The position numbers and the translations under genes were made by a program. Under the pieces are notes generated by a model. That model was not told where the DNA came from, searched no databases, and saw nothing but the letters and a program-made list of their open reading frames with translations. A stretch of 47,574 nt of DNA from Escherichia phage RobRod40: sequence record OR896835.1. One strand, given 5' to 3'. Of this stretch, positions 9,402 to 18,324 are shown piece after piece; positions within the stretch are counted from its first letter, which is position 1; every line of letters begins with the position of its first letter.

Positions 9402-9769
9402 ACTACAAAGAAATCGAATCAATCACTCGCGCTGGAATTAACTTCTTTAGTGATTCTAATGGCGTTTACGAGATGAGCACTGGCGCTGGATATGTTAAGA
9501 TCGTTAATGGTGTTGAAGTAGAAGTGCCAGCACAAACATTCCAGTTAAAGGGTTTGGTGCGGGAAATCAAGACGCGCGATATCGATGGTGAGTTTATCCA
9601 GTTTGGAGATAAACGCGGAATCTTCACGGCTCAGGTGGAAATCAAGCAGGGTTATCAGATTGAAGTTGATGGTGAAACTTTTGTTGTTGTTGACCCTCGA
9701 CCAGTTAAACCAACCGGCACAGTTGTTGGGTATAGACCGATTCTTCGCAGGGTGGCTACATATGGCTAG
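9398..9769 (+). CDS. putative head-tail joining protein
   Basis: ATGA start/stop overlap with upstream gene; position in head-tail connector block. Confidence 0.45.
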   Translation: MNYKEIESITRAGINFFSDSNGVYEMSTGAGYVKIVNGVEVEVPAQTFQLKGLVREIKTRDIDGEFIQFGDKRGIFTAQVEIKQGYQIEVDGETFVVVDPRPVKPTGTVVGYRPILRRVATYG

Positions 9770-10211
9770 TTTTATACCGAAGGCTAATGGTGGGGTTATT
9801 GAATTTAGCCGCTCCATTTCTGAATGGATAGATAAGGTTGAGTCTGGAGTTGAGGAAGTTGTTGCAGGAACCATTATCAACACAGCTAAGGGGCTGGTAG
9901 ATCAGTCACCAGTTGACACCGGAAGGTTCAAGGCCAACTGGCAAATAACAGCAAACTCCCCGGCTCAACAGTCAGTAATTGACTATGATAAGCTTGGGAC
10001 TGAGACAAAAAGAGCGCTCGCAAGACAGGCCAGGGCAGTAGCTAGATCGAAGGGAACAAAAGTTATTTACATAACAAACAGGCTTGATTACTCAATTCAC
10101 CTTGAGTATGGCGGCTCAGGCCAGGCTCCAAACGGCATCATTAGGATTGTTCAAATGAGGCTTGGTAGATACTTCCAGGAAGCTATAGAGGAGGCTAAGC
10201 GTGCACTATGA
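9762..10211 (+). CDS. putative neck / tail completion protein
   Basis: ATG at 9762 overlapping upstream stop; track ORF 9585..10211 has implausible N-terminal extension; position-based call. Confidence 0.4.
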   Translation: MASFIPKANGGVIEFSRSISEWIDKVESGVEEVVAGTIINTAKGLVDQSPVDTGRFKANWQITANSPAQQSVIDYDKLGTETKRALARQARAVARSKGTKVIYITNRLDYSIHLEYGGSGQAPNGIIRIVQMRLGRYFQEAIEEAKRAL

Positions 10212-10602
10212 ATTATCTATAGCAGCCAGAAAATATGTTAATGATTTGCTGGTGAGCAACTTCCCTGTCAGATATCCAGTATCCTGGGAAAATGTTTCTT
10301 TCACTCCTCCAGCAGATGGCTCTATCTGGCTAAAGTATGACTATATCGAGGTTGATACCGTAACCTACGGACTTAGCAGGAAGTGCAAATACTATGTAGG
10401 AATGGTGCAGGTTTCTGTTTTCTTTAGCCCTGGTACTGGCATTGACAAGCCGAGACAAATCGCTAATCAATTGGCAGAATCTATCGTTGATGGTACAATG
10501 CTTGACAGCGGGACCATTTATGAGTCTGGAGTTGTTAACCCGGTTATCAAATCCAAATCTGGGTGGTTTATCCCGGTTCATTTTTATGTTCGTCTAGACT
10601 AG
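10201..10602 (+). CDS. putative tail terminator-like protein
   Basis: GTG start preceded by GGAGG; overlaps upstream stop; position before major tail gene. Confidence 0.4.
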   Translation: MHYELSIAARKYVNDLLVSNFPVRYPVSWENVSFTPPADGSIWLKYDYIEVDTVTYGLSRKCKYYVGMVQVSVFFSPGTGIDKPRQIANQLAESIVDGTMLDSGTIYESGVVNPVIKSKSGWFIPVHFYVRLD

Positions 10603-10610
10603 GAACTAGC

Positions 10611-11096
10611 ATGAAAGATTTCTTAAATTCTCTTTACGATTATCGCGATGGAAAGATTTACAAGAAGGGCGGTGATAAACCATGTGGTTACGGTAAGACA
10701 AATGGCTACGTTCAAACATACGTTTCAAAGACTGGTAAGCGATATGTTCATAGATTGATCTGGGAAATGCATAATGGTGAAATTGCATATGGAATGCAGA
10801 TAGATCACATTAATGGTGTTAGGGATGATAATCGAATTGAGAATTTAAGATGCGTGACCGTAACTGATAACAGAAGAAATGCTGGAACCAGGTATCGCTC
10901 ACGTAGATTTCCTGGAGTTAATGGAGTAAACTACAACAAGCGCGATGATCTTTGGCATGCAATTATTTCTGACAAAGGAAGAGCAAGGAGTCTTGGTCAT
11001 TATAAGAGTTTTGTCTCAGCTTGCGAAGCAAGGATTGTCGCTGAAGTATTATTGGGATATCACGCTGGTCACGCAATGCGGGATAGCGTTTATTAA
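10611..11096 (+). CDS. HNH homing endonuclease (paralog 2)
   Basis: ATG at 10611 after AGGA; HRLIWEMHNG and IDHINGVRDDNRIENLR motifs; inserted between tail-completion and major tail genes. Confidence 0.85.
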   Translation: MKDFLNSLYDYRDGKIYKKGGDKPCGYGKTNGYVQTYVSKTGKRYVHRLIWEMHNGEIAYGMQIDHINGVRDDNRIENLRCVTVTDNRRNAGTRYRSRRFPGVNGVNYNKRDDLWHAIISDKGRARSLGHYKSFVSACEARIVAEVLLGYHAGHAMRDSVY

Positions 11097-11105
11097 TCTA
11101 ACTTA

Positions 11106-11780
11106 TTGAATTGGAGGTGTATTATTGCCCATCTCAGCAATGGCACGCAGGTCTTCGTAGAAGGCTCTCGCGGAGCTGCAATTGACGTAACTGCAATTTC
11201 TAACTCAGTTACCCCTGTTTTAACTGTATCTGACGCATCTGGATTGGTTGTTGGTGATTACCTTCTTTTCACCTCTTCTGCCTCCACGCTTCTGGCTGAT
11301 AAGCAAGTTCGCGTAACTGCAATCACTGGTACGTCAGTAACTGTTGAAGGTATTGATACCTCTAGCACTACAAAGTTCCCAGCCGGTTTAACTGGTGAGG
11401 TTGTTAAAATCACCTCTTGGTTCGAAGTTCCGTGTGTTCAGGACGTATCTACTGATGGCGGCGAACAGCAGTTCGTTAACTTCCAGTGTTTGTCCGATGA
11501 CCGTGAACAGCAGATTCCGACTTATAAATCTGCCGTAACGAATACCTTCACCTTTGCTCACGAGTACACCAACCCGGTCTATCCGGTCCTGCGTAACTAC
11601 GATGAGTCAGGTCAGGTTGTCGCGATTCGCCTGTTCGTACCTCGAGCTAGCGAAATGCGTTTGCAGTCCGGCACTATCGCTTTCAATGACACCCCCACCA
11701 TTGGTGTTAACGAAATCGAAACGGTATCCATCGCAGTATCCATTCGTGGCCGCCTGTCCTCTGTGGCAGCTGAAGTTTAA
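11106..11780 (+). CDS. major tail (tube) protein
   Basis: ~220 aa; strong terminator immediately downstream; position before chaperone and tape measure; start uncertain (no in-frame ATG/GTG near GGAGG at 11113-11117). Confidence 0.6.
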   Translation: MNWRCIIAHLSNGTQVFVEGSRGAAIDVTAISNSVTPVLTVSDASGLVVGDYLLFTSSASTLLADKQVRVTAITGTSVTVEGIDTSSTTKFPAGLTGEVVKITSWFEVPCVQDVSTDGGEQQFVNFQCLSDDREQQIPTYKSAVTNTFTFAHEYTNPVYPVLRNYDESGQVVAIRLFVPRASEMRLQSGTIAFNDTPTIGVNEIETVSIAVSIRGRLSSVAAEV

Positions 11781-11787
11781 AACATAA

Positions 11788-11809
11788 ACCCTCTTCGGAG
11801 GGTTTTTTA
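11788..11809 (+). terminator. rho-independent terminator after major tail gene
   Basis: ACCCTC-ttcg-GAGGGT hairpin then TTTTTT. Confidence 0.8.
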
Positions 11810-11813
11810 TTGC

Positions 11814-11857
11814 ATAGCACTTTTTGCTAAAGCACTTATTCAACTTTGATGTATAGT
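11814..11857 (+). promoter_or_regulatory. conserved promoter-like module (ATAGCAC-ttt-TTGCTAAA, 22 bp, TATAGT)
   Basis: Directly after major-tail terminator; followed by TACTTCATCGAAACGA leader; precedes lipoprotein gene. Confidence 0.6.
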
Positions 11858-11890
11858 TACTTCATCGAAACGAAATGAGAGATTAAAGAA

Positions 11891-12277
11891 ATGAAAGCAA
11901 TCATCGCAATTATGGCAACACTGCTACTTGCTGGCTGTAACAGCGATAAGGTTAAGACACTTAATGTTGATCTGGCTTCAAATGAATGCAAGAACATCGT
12001 ATACAACGCGACGGTTAACAATGAGGCATTTACTAGGCTTTCATTCAAATACCCAGAACTTAAAGATTCCGTTATGTACGTGGCCCACATTGAGTGCACT
12101 AAATCTGTTAACAATTTTACCCGTGGTGTTGTAATTGAACACACCACAACATTGGCAAAGGTATCAAAGCCTAGTGACGCTTCAATCGCGATGGTTTATA
12201 CTAAGATCTATAGTTTAGAGGCTCTCGCTAGTATGGTTGGCGAGAAACTAGCTTACTCACGCGTTGTTATGAAATAA
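11891..12277 (+). CDS. predicted lipoprotein inserted in tail module
   Basis: N-terminal signal peptide with lipobox LLAGC; own promoter-like module upstream. Confidence 0.65.
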   Translation: MKAIIAIMATLLLAGCNSDKVKTLNVDLASNECKNIVYNATVNNEAFTRLSFKYPELKDSVMYVAHIECTKSVNNFTRGVVIEHTTTLAKVSKPSDASIAMVYTKIYSLEALASMVGEKLAYSRVVMK

Positions 12278-12295
12278 AATAGAGGATAAAACGAG

Positions 12296-12610
12296 ATGGC
12301 AAAGTTCAAACTTTCACTGGCGGCACTGCCAGACTTCAAGCTCCCAGTAAAATTTAAGCTGGCTAACGACCAGGATGTAGAGGTTGTTTTTACAGTTAAG
12401 CACAAGAAGACCTCTGAGCTTCAGGAGCTACTACAGAAAGAAGACCTGAGCACTAAAGAATTGATTATGGCAATCGCCTCTGATTGGGATCTGGAAGAAG
12501 AATTTAATGAAGAAAACGTCATTGAGTTTGCTGATTTATTCCCGTCATCCACAGTTGCGCTAACAACTGCTTACATGCAAGCATTGGCTGGGCAGCGAGT
12601 AAAAAACTAA
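12296..12610 (+). CDS. tail assembly chaperone (gpG-like)
   Basis: 104-aa acidic protein immediately upstream of tape measure; ends with slippery A_AAA_AAC before stop. Confidence 0.7.
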   Translation: MAKFKLSLAALPDFKLPVKFKLANDQDVEVVFTVKHKKTSELQELLQKEDLSTKELIMAIASDWDLEEEFNEENVIEFADLFPSSTVALTTAYMQALAGQRVKN

Positions 12611-12930
12611 AACGAGCGGTGTATCTACAGTACCAGTCAGAGCCAACAGATGCCGAACTGGAAGCTATTGGGATGCGCCGCTCTGATTACGAAGACGAAG
12701 AACCTGAGGTTTTACACTTCGACGAAAACATGATGAAAGCGTGGGACATTTATTGTTCAATGGCTACACAATGGAGGGTTGGAGCTAACGGAGCTACGGG
12801 TCTCGATTACAACGTGCTAAATTTCCTCTTTAGAGTGTATAATGTCTCAGAAGAAGAATTGGTGCTCAGCGATTTACGCATCCTTGAAGCTAAGGCTCTA
12901 GAGATGATGGATAACCTGAGAAAAAAATAA
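12296..12930 (+). CDS. tail assembly chaperone frameshift fusion (gpGT-like), predicted -1 shift at 12601-12607
   Basis: Downstream ORF (track 12619..12930) is in the -1 frame relative to G-like ORF and remains open upstream through the slippery site; conserved lambda-like G/GT arrangement. Confidence 0.6.
12601..12607 (+). other. predicted -1 programmed ribosomal frameshift slippery heptamer A_AAA_AAC
   Basis: XXXYYYZ heptamer just before G-like stop; -1 frame continues into T-like ORF. Confidence 0.6.
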
Positions 12931-12953
12931 CCCGCTTCGGCGGGTTTTCTATT
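12931..12953 (+). terminator. terminator/attenuator between chaperone and tape measure
   Basis: CCCGC-ttcg-GCGGG hairpin then TTTTCTATT. Confidence 0.6.
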
Positions 12954-12965
12954 ATGGAGGCTTAG

Positions 12966-15737
12966 ATGGCAACAAATGAATTAGCCGGAATCACACTAGC
13001 CGTAGACGTATCGCAGGTAGATAGGGGAACGCAATCCCTACAGAAGTTTAGGCAGGCTAACCAACAGGCCGCTTCCGGTATTAGTGAATTCGTCAACGCT
13101 GAGCAGGTCGCTAAAAACCAGGCTAGAGACACCGCGCGAGCACTTGCTGAGCAACAGGCTTCACTAGCTAAGCTGCAAACAGCTATTGATCCAACTGCGG
13201 CAAAGTTCCGCAAGCTGCAAGAGGCTGCGGTAGGTCTCGATAAGGCATTCGCGGCTGGAGTGGTGCCTGATGAGGAATTTTTCCGATTAGGTGAGGCTCT
13301 TGAAACTCAAAACGCAAAACTTGCTCGTTCACGTGCTGCGCTAACTGAAGAGGGGAGGGCTGCGGCTCAGGCTGCAAAGGATAAGGCAAAGGCAAAGGCT
13401 GAAGCGGATAGATTTATTGCGTCACTGCAACGACAGGCTCAAGCGGCAACATTGACGCGTGAAGAGTACTTGAAGTTGCAGGCGGCCCAGCTTGGCGTAT
13501 CCGCACAGGCGACCCCATTAATCAACCAGATTGGAGCAGCAACCCAAAGGACTGTTGAAAATCTTGGCAAGCAAGCCGCAGCATTCCAGAGGTCAGGTTT
13601 AAGTGCGGGACAATACAAGAATGCGATTTCTCAGTTACCAGCACAGATTACTGATATTGGTACATCATTAGCTGGCGGCATTCCTATTTGGCTTATTGCA
13701 ATCCAGCAGGGTGGGCAGATTAAGGATTCATTTGGCGGCATTGCTAATACTGCGAGATTCCTTCTTTCTTATCTCAACCCTCTCACAGTAGCCGCTGGCG
13801 TTCTTGGTGCTGGCTTTGCTTACGCCGCGGTAAGTATTTACAAGAGCGAGGCAGCCATTAAGGCAGCAAGAAAGGCGGTTGAGGAAACTCTGGGTGTCAC
13901 AGATGAGGCGGCTCGACAGTTAAGCATTAGCATCGCCAAGATTTCAGAGGCATCAGGGAAGACCGCTGAAGATATCGCGAAGTCATTCGTATCAACACGT
14001 GACGGAGCGCAAGAAGCAATTCTGAAGCTGATTGATGTTGGTGTAAGTTATGATGATGCAAGGGAGCTAGTTGAGCGATATAAGGATGCCTCCAACTTTA
14101 CCCAAGTTAACGCGCAAATCGAGCAACACAGACTTGAAGCTGCAAAGATTCAGGATAGCTGGTTCGAGAACGCAAAGGCCGTTAGCTACTATAACGATGT
14201 TGCAGTCCAGGGCCTAGTTAACTCACCACTAACAAACGTGGCGGCAAGAAACAGCGCGGCAATTCAGGAGTTCGCAAGCCTTCTGGAAAAGGACGTTAAC
14301 CAAGCTCTTATAGATGGAAATAGACATGTAGCCGAGCAAGTTGATTTAATCGGTAAAGAATACTTGGCACTTGACCGCGTGGCTGGTGCGGAGAAATCCC
14401 TGGCAGACGCTAGAAAGCAAGCAGCGGCAATCGCCAGAAGCGGTAACGCTGAAGCTATCGCCCAGGCCAATAGAGTCATTCAGTTGCGTCAGCGAGAGGT
14501 TGATGAAGCCAAGAAGGCCGAAGCGGAGAGAAATAAGCCAGCAAAAACGAAAGCACCAAAGGAAGCCAGAGACCTTACCATCAATTATGAGTCAGGAGTC
14601 CTTGCTCTTGAGGCGCAGTTAAGGCTTCTTCAGGACGTAGGGAGTCAGACAAAGGCAATCAGCACTGAGCGGAGAAAGCTTCTTGAGGAAGAAGCTAAGT
14701 TTGCAATCCTTGAGGAGCGTCAAGCAGCTGGTACAATAGGAAGAGAACAGGCCAGGCTTCTTCTTGAAAAGGATAAAGTTCTTGAACTAGCAAGACAGAA
14801 GGCTGAACTAGGTGATCAGATTGTTTTGCAGGAGCGCGCTAATAAGCTGGCTGAGGATAACCGCAAAAAGATTCTTCAGATAAACAACGAAGCAAATAAC
14901 ATCGATTTGGGCGCTGGGTTATCATCTCGGGATCAACAAAGGTCAAGAGAGATTCAGGCTCTTCAGTCCAATCAGGAAAACGCTGGTGGTTCTCTTGATG
15001 ACTTAGATTTCCAGCAATTACTGGAAGCAAGAAGGCAGTACTACAAGGATGAGGATAATCTCAGAGCAAACTGGAAAGCAGGTGTGACCTCCACTCTCTC
15101 TGACTTGAGTGATGAGTATACCAACTTCAACAAAATCGCCGGGGATTTAACCGCTGCGGCATTCAATGGAATTACCGATCAGATTACAAACCTTGTAACC
15201 ACTGGTGAGACCAACTTCCGGGAGTTCACCGCAAACATCCTCAAAATGATTGCTAAGATTGCAACTCAATTACTTTTGGTTAAGGCTATTGAATCTACAA
15301 TCAAGAGCTTTGGTGGTAACACTGGCGCGGGTAGTGCCTTCGAGTCAATAAGGTCAGCAATTGGTTTCGCTGGTGGTGGTTACACTGGTGATGGTGGAAA
15401 GTACCAGCCAGCGGGTACGGTACACCGAGGTGAATTCGTATTCACAAAAGAAGCAACAAGCCGAATTGGTGTTAAGAACCTTTACGCACTGATGAAAGGT
15501 TACGCAAATGGCGGTGCTGTAGGTGGCCCATCTGGTTATGCTAATGGCGGTTTGGTTTCTGGTGGGTCAGATGTTAATGTTAGTGGTATCACCGTTAACG
15601 TTAATGGTGGCGTTGGTAGCGACCCAGAACAGGCCAAAGCATTGCAGAGTGGCGTTAAGGCAATCGTAGCTGAAGAGATTGCTCAGTCTTTCCAGCAGGG
15701 AGGCAAAGCGTATGCCTATTTGAGAGGTTTTAACTAA
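12966..15737 (+). CDS. tail tape measure protein
   Basis: 923 aa, Ala/Gln/Glu-rich coiled-coil-like with Gly-rich C-terminal region; RBS GGAGG; follows G/GT chaperone. Confidence 0.85.
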   Translation: MATNELAGITLAVDVSQVDRGTQSLQKFRQANQQAASGISEFVNAEQVAKNQARDTARALAEQQASLAKLQTAIDPTAAKFRKLQEAAVGLDKAFAAGVVPDEEFFRLGEALETQNAKLARSRAALTEEGRAAAQAAKDKAKAKAEADRFIASLQRQAQAATLTREEYLKLQAAQLGVSAQATPLINQIGAATQRTVENLGKQAAAFQRSGLSAGQYKNAISQLPAQITDIGTSLAGGIPIWLIAIQQGGQIKDSFGGIANTARFLLSYLNPLTVAAGVLGAGFAYAAVSIYKSEAAIKAARKAVEETLGVTDEAARQLSISIAKISEASGKTAEDIAKSFVSTRDGAQEAILKLIDVGVSYDDARELVERYKDASNFTQVNAQIEQHRLEAAKIQDSWFENAKAVSYYNDVAVQGLVNSPLTNVAARNSAAIQEFASLLEKDVNQALIDGNRHVAEQVDLIGKEYLALDRVAGAEKSLADARKQAAAIARSGNAEAIAQANRVIQLRQREVDEAKKAEAERNKPAKTKAPKEARDLTINYESGVLALEAQLRLLQDVGSQTKAISTERRKLLEEEAKFAILEERQAAGTIGREQARLLLEKDKVLELARQKAELGDQIVLQERANKLAEDNRKKILQINNEANNIDLGAGLSSRDQQRSREIQALQSNQENAGGSLDDLDFQQLLEARRQYYKDEDNLRANWKAGVTSTLSDLSDEYTNFNKIAGDLTAAAFNGITDQITNLVTTGETNFREFTANILKMIAKIATQLLLVKAIESTIKSFGGNTGAGSAFESIRSAIGFAGGGYTGDGGKYQPAGTVHRGEFVFTKEATSRIGVKNLYALMKGYANGGAVGGPSGYANGGLVSGGSDVNVSGITVNVNGGVGSDPEQAKALQSGVKAIVAEEIAQSFQQGGKAYAYLRGFN

Positions 15738-15767
15738 TTAATGGGGCTTCGGCCCCTAAGGATTTTT

Positions 15768-16118
15768 ATGGCTATTGATACATTTACCTGGTGCACTCAG
15801 ATACAGGGCGGCTCAGCATCTTTCAGTAACACGAACAACGTGCGAATTGTTAGCTTCGGCAATGGTTATTCCCAACGCGGAACAGGTGGTTATCGTAGTA
15901 ATACTCGAAGCTACCAGATGACCTACACCAACAAAGACTGGCGCGAGGTGATGGATTTTTGCTTCAATCACATCATTACCCCGTTCCTTTGGACTACGCC
16001 ACAAGGTGATACATCGATGTTTGTGATTCAGCAGGACAGCATTAGCGTTACACCACTCAGTAAGGAGATTCAGACTGTAAGCATGCAATTCGTGGAAGTA
16101 TTTAGCTCAATGCGTTAA
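15768..16118 (+). CDS. minor tail protein (gpM-like)
   Basis: ATG at 15768 after AAGGA; follows tape measure; strong terminator downstream. Confidence 0.6.
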   Translation: MAIDTFTWCTQIQGGSASFSNTNNVRIVSFGNGYSQRGTGGYRSNTRSYQMTYTNKDWREVMDFCFNHIITPFLWTTPQGDTSMFVIQQDSISVTPLSKEIQTVSMQFVEVFSSMR

Positions 16119-16122
16119 ACTA

Positions 16123-16147
16123 AGCCCCATTAGGGGCTTTTTTTTAT
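16123..16147 (+). terminator. rho-independent terminator
   Basis: AGCCCC-atta-GGGGCT then TTTTTTTT. Confidence 0.75.
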
Positions 16148-16158
16148 TGGAGAAAATC

Positions 16159-16914
16159 ATGTTAAGTCCAAAGTTTGAAAATCAGTTGCAAGGCCTTTTC
16201 CCAGGCGAGATTGTAACTTTAATCCAGGTTGATGGGACCTCGTTTGGCTCTAACGTTTATTCGTTCCATAATGAGAACATTTCATACACGCCGGAAGAAA
16301 TCATGCTGGCCCAAATGAATGGCGAGCCACTACCAGAGAAGACAATCAAATTTCGCGGTGAAGAGTATGGACCTCGCCCATTCGGAATCTCTGGCATCAA
16401 CATGACCTCTGACGGTAAGGCCAACAAGGTTACGTTAACAGTATCAAACGTAGACCAGCGCATTAGTGCCTTGATTCGCACATATAATGGACTTGTTAAA
16501 GCAAAAGTAACTATCTGGATTACTACTCGGGATAACATCAATGAAGACGGAACCATTGCTGACGGGGACTATCGCCGATTCATTTACTTCATTGAACGAC
16601 CAAAGCAGGTTGATTATAAAACTGCATCATTTGAGCTAAGTAGCCCAATGGATATGGATGGCATTTATATCCCGGCGCGACTTGTTCAGTCTGTTTGTTA
16701 CTGGGCATCTCGTGGCTGGTATCGTAGCGGAAATGGATGCGACTACGCTGGCAATCGTTATTTTGACAAAGACGACAACCCGGCCAGTGACCCTTCTCTA
16801 GATTTCTGTGCGGGTACTGTTAACAGTTGCAAGATTAGATTCGGCGAGAATAATCAGCTTTCATTTGGTGGATGCGCAGCAGCAAGCCTTCAGGCCAAAG
16901 CAAATCAGAGCTAA
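16159..16914 (+). CDS. minor tail protein (gpL-like)
   Basis: ATG at 16159 after GGAG; Cys-rich C-terminus; gene order M-L-K-I-J. Confidence 0.65.
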   Translation: MLSPKFENQLQGLFPGEIVTLIQVDGTSFGSNVYSFHNENISYTPEEIMLAQMNGEPLPEKTIKFRGEEYGPRPFGISGINMTSDGKANKVTLTVSNVDQRISALIRTYNGLVKAKVTIWITTRDNINEDGTIADGDYRRFIYFIERPKQVDYKTASFELSSPMDMDGIYIPARLVQSVCYWASRGWYRSGNGCDYAGNRYFDKDDNPASDPSLDFCAGTVNSCKIRFGENNQLSFGGCAAASLQAKANQS

Positions 16915-16923
16915 GGGGGATAT

Positions 16924-17682
16924 ATGTTAACAAAAAGATGCAAATTAGAAATATTCCAGCACGCAAAAGAAGTTTACCCGCAAGAATGTTGCGGAGTTGT
17001 CACGCAGAAGGGCAGGGCGCAGAAATACCACAGAATCACCAACGCCAGCAAAGACCCAGAAAATGAGTTTATCCTTGATTCAAATGAGTATGCAGATGTT
17101 CTCTTTGAATTGGCTCACAATGAATCTATTGTTTACGTAGTTCACTCCCACACAGGCGATGGAGCGACAACCAGACCTAGTCCGGCTGATATTTGTAGCT
17201 GCAATGAATGCGAGATCCCTTACGTTATTGTAAGTATCCCAGAGGGAGATATGAGAATACTTGAACCATCAAACATGCCACTGATTGGTCGACCATGGGG
17301 TCTTGGTGGCTTTGATTGCTGGGGGTTAGTGATGAGTTTCCACAAGAAATTCGGCGTCAAACTGAATGACTACCGAGTTAATTACCCGTGGTGGGAGAAA
17401 CGGTACAATGAAAATATCTATGACGACAACTGGATTAAGGAAGGATTTGAGCTGGTAAAAACTTCGGATATTCCCATTGGCTCAATGATTATGATGCAGG
17501 TGCAAAGTGAGGTGACAAACCACGCTGGAATCTACATTGGCAATAACAGGTTCATTCACCATCTCTATGGTAAAATGAGCTTAATTGATATCTATTCCGA
17601 TTACTGGCGAGAGCGCACTGTGCGAATTGTTCGCCACAAGGATTTACCAGAGGATTTAATTTATGACCCAGAAACTGATTGA
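16924..17682 (+). CDS. tail assembly protein (gpK-like; JAMM/MPN + NlpC/P60-like)
   Basis: JAMM motif HSHTGDGATTRPSPAD, then Cys/His-containing C-terminal domain; RBS AAGGGGGA. Confidence 0.8.
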   Translation: MLTKRCKLEIFQHAKEVYPQECCGVVTQKGRAQKYHRITNASKDPENEFILDSNEYADVLFELAHNESIVYVVHSHTGDGATTRPSPADICSCNECEIPYVIVSIPEGDMRILEPSNMPLIGRPWGLGGFDCWGLVMSFHKKFGVKLNDYRVNYPWWEKRYNENIYDDNWIKEGFELVKTSDIPIGSMIMMQVQSEVTNHAGIYIGNNRFIHHLYGKMSLIDIYSDYWRERTVRIVRHKDLPEDLIYDPETD

Positions 17683-18244
17683 TATTAAGTTGGGCCTATC
17701 TCTAGGTCGCAAGTTTGGCAAGATTCACCAAATGGCTGTAAATAGCGTGCCCGAGGCCATGAGGGCTCTTTGCTCACAGATTCCAGCATTCAAAGAATTT
17801 ATGAATAGCCATGTGGGGCAAAACACCAGGTATGCAGTTTTCGTTGACGGCAAAAATGTGAACGAGCATCGAATTACCGATTTTAACGCCGTTCAGGAGA
17901 TACGCATTTTACCAATTCCTCAGGGTCGCAAGTCTGGAGGGTTGTTTCAAACCCTACTTGGGGCAGCTTTAATTGGCGCTAGCTTCTTCCTCACTGGCGG
18001 CATTGCAACTGCCGTTTTGGGTGCTGGCATCTCGCTAGCTGCTGGCGGCGTTGCTCAACTACTATCGCCGCAAACAACTGGATTGAAGGCTCAAGACAAT
18101 AAGACAAGCAACCGAGCATCATACGCATTCGGCTCGGCAGTGAACACGGTGGCCGCAGGTTATCCGGTCTGTCTGCCTTATGGCTACCGAACGGTTGGCG
18201 GCTCGGTATTTAGTGCCGGCAGCTACGCCGAAGACAACGCTTAA
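17663..18244 (+). CDS. tail assembly protein (gpI-like)
   Basis: 193 aa with Gly/Ala-rich hydrophobic stretch; overlaps K-like gene end; terminator downstream. Confidence 0.6.
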   Translation: MTQKLIDIKLGLSLGRKFGKIHQMAVNSVPEAMRALCSQIPAFKEFMNSHVGQNTRYAVFVDGKNVNEHRITDFNAVQEIRILPIPQGRKSGGLFQTLLGAALIGASFFLTGGIATAVLGAGISLAAGGVAQLLSPQTTGLKAQDNKTSNRASYAFGSAVNTVAAGYPVCLPYGYRTVGGSVFSAGSYAEDNA

Positions 18245-18252
18245 ATATCATA

Positions 18253-18274
18253 CCCGCCTAGTGCGGGTTTTTTA
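18253..18274 (+). terminator. rho-independent terminator
   Basis: CCCGC-ctagt-GCGGG then TTTTTT. Confidence 0.7.
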
Positions 18275-18324
18275 TTTAGTGTAGAATGGCACAAATGATC
18301 AAAACAAACATGAGGCTTTGTGAT

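Noticed and set aside
9585-10211. 208-aa track ORF with long N-terminal extension
   Set aside because: Extension overlaps the upstream gene in another frame and translates to low-complexity sequence; the ATG at 9762 overlapping the upstream stop is the plausible start.
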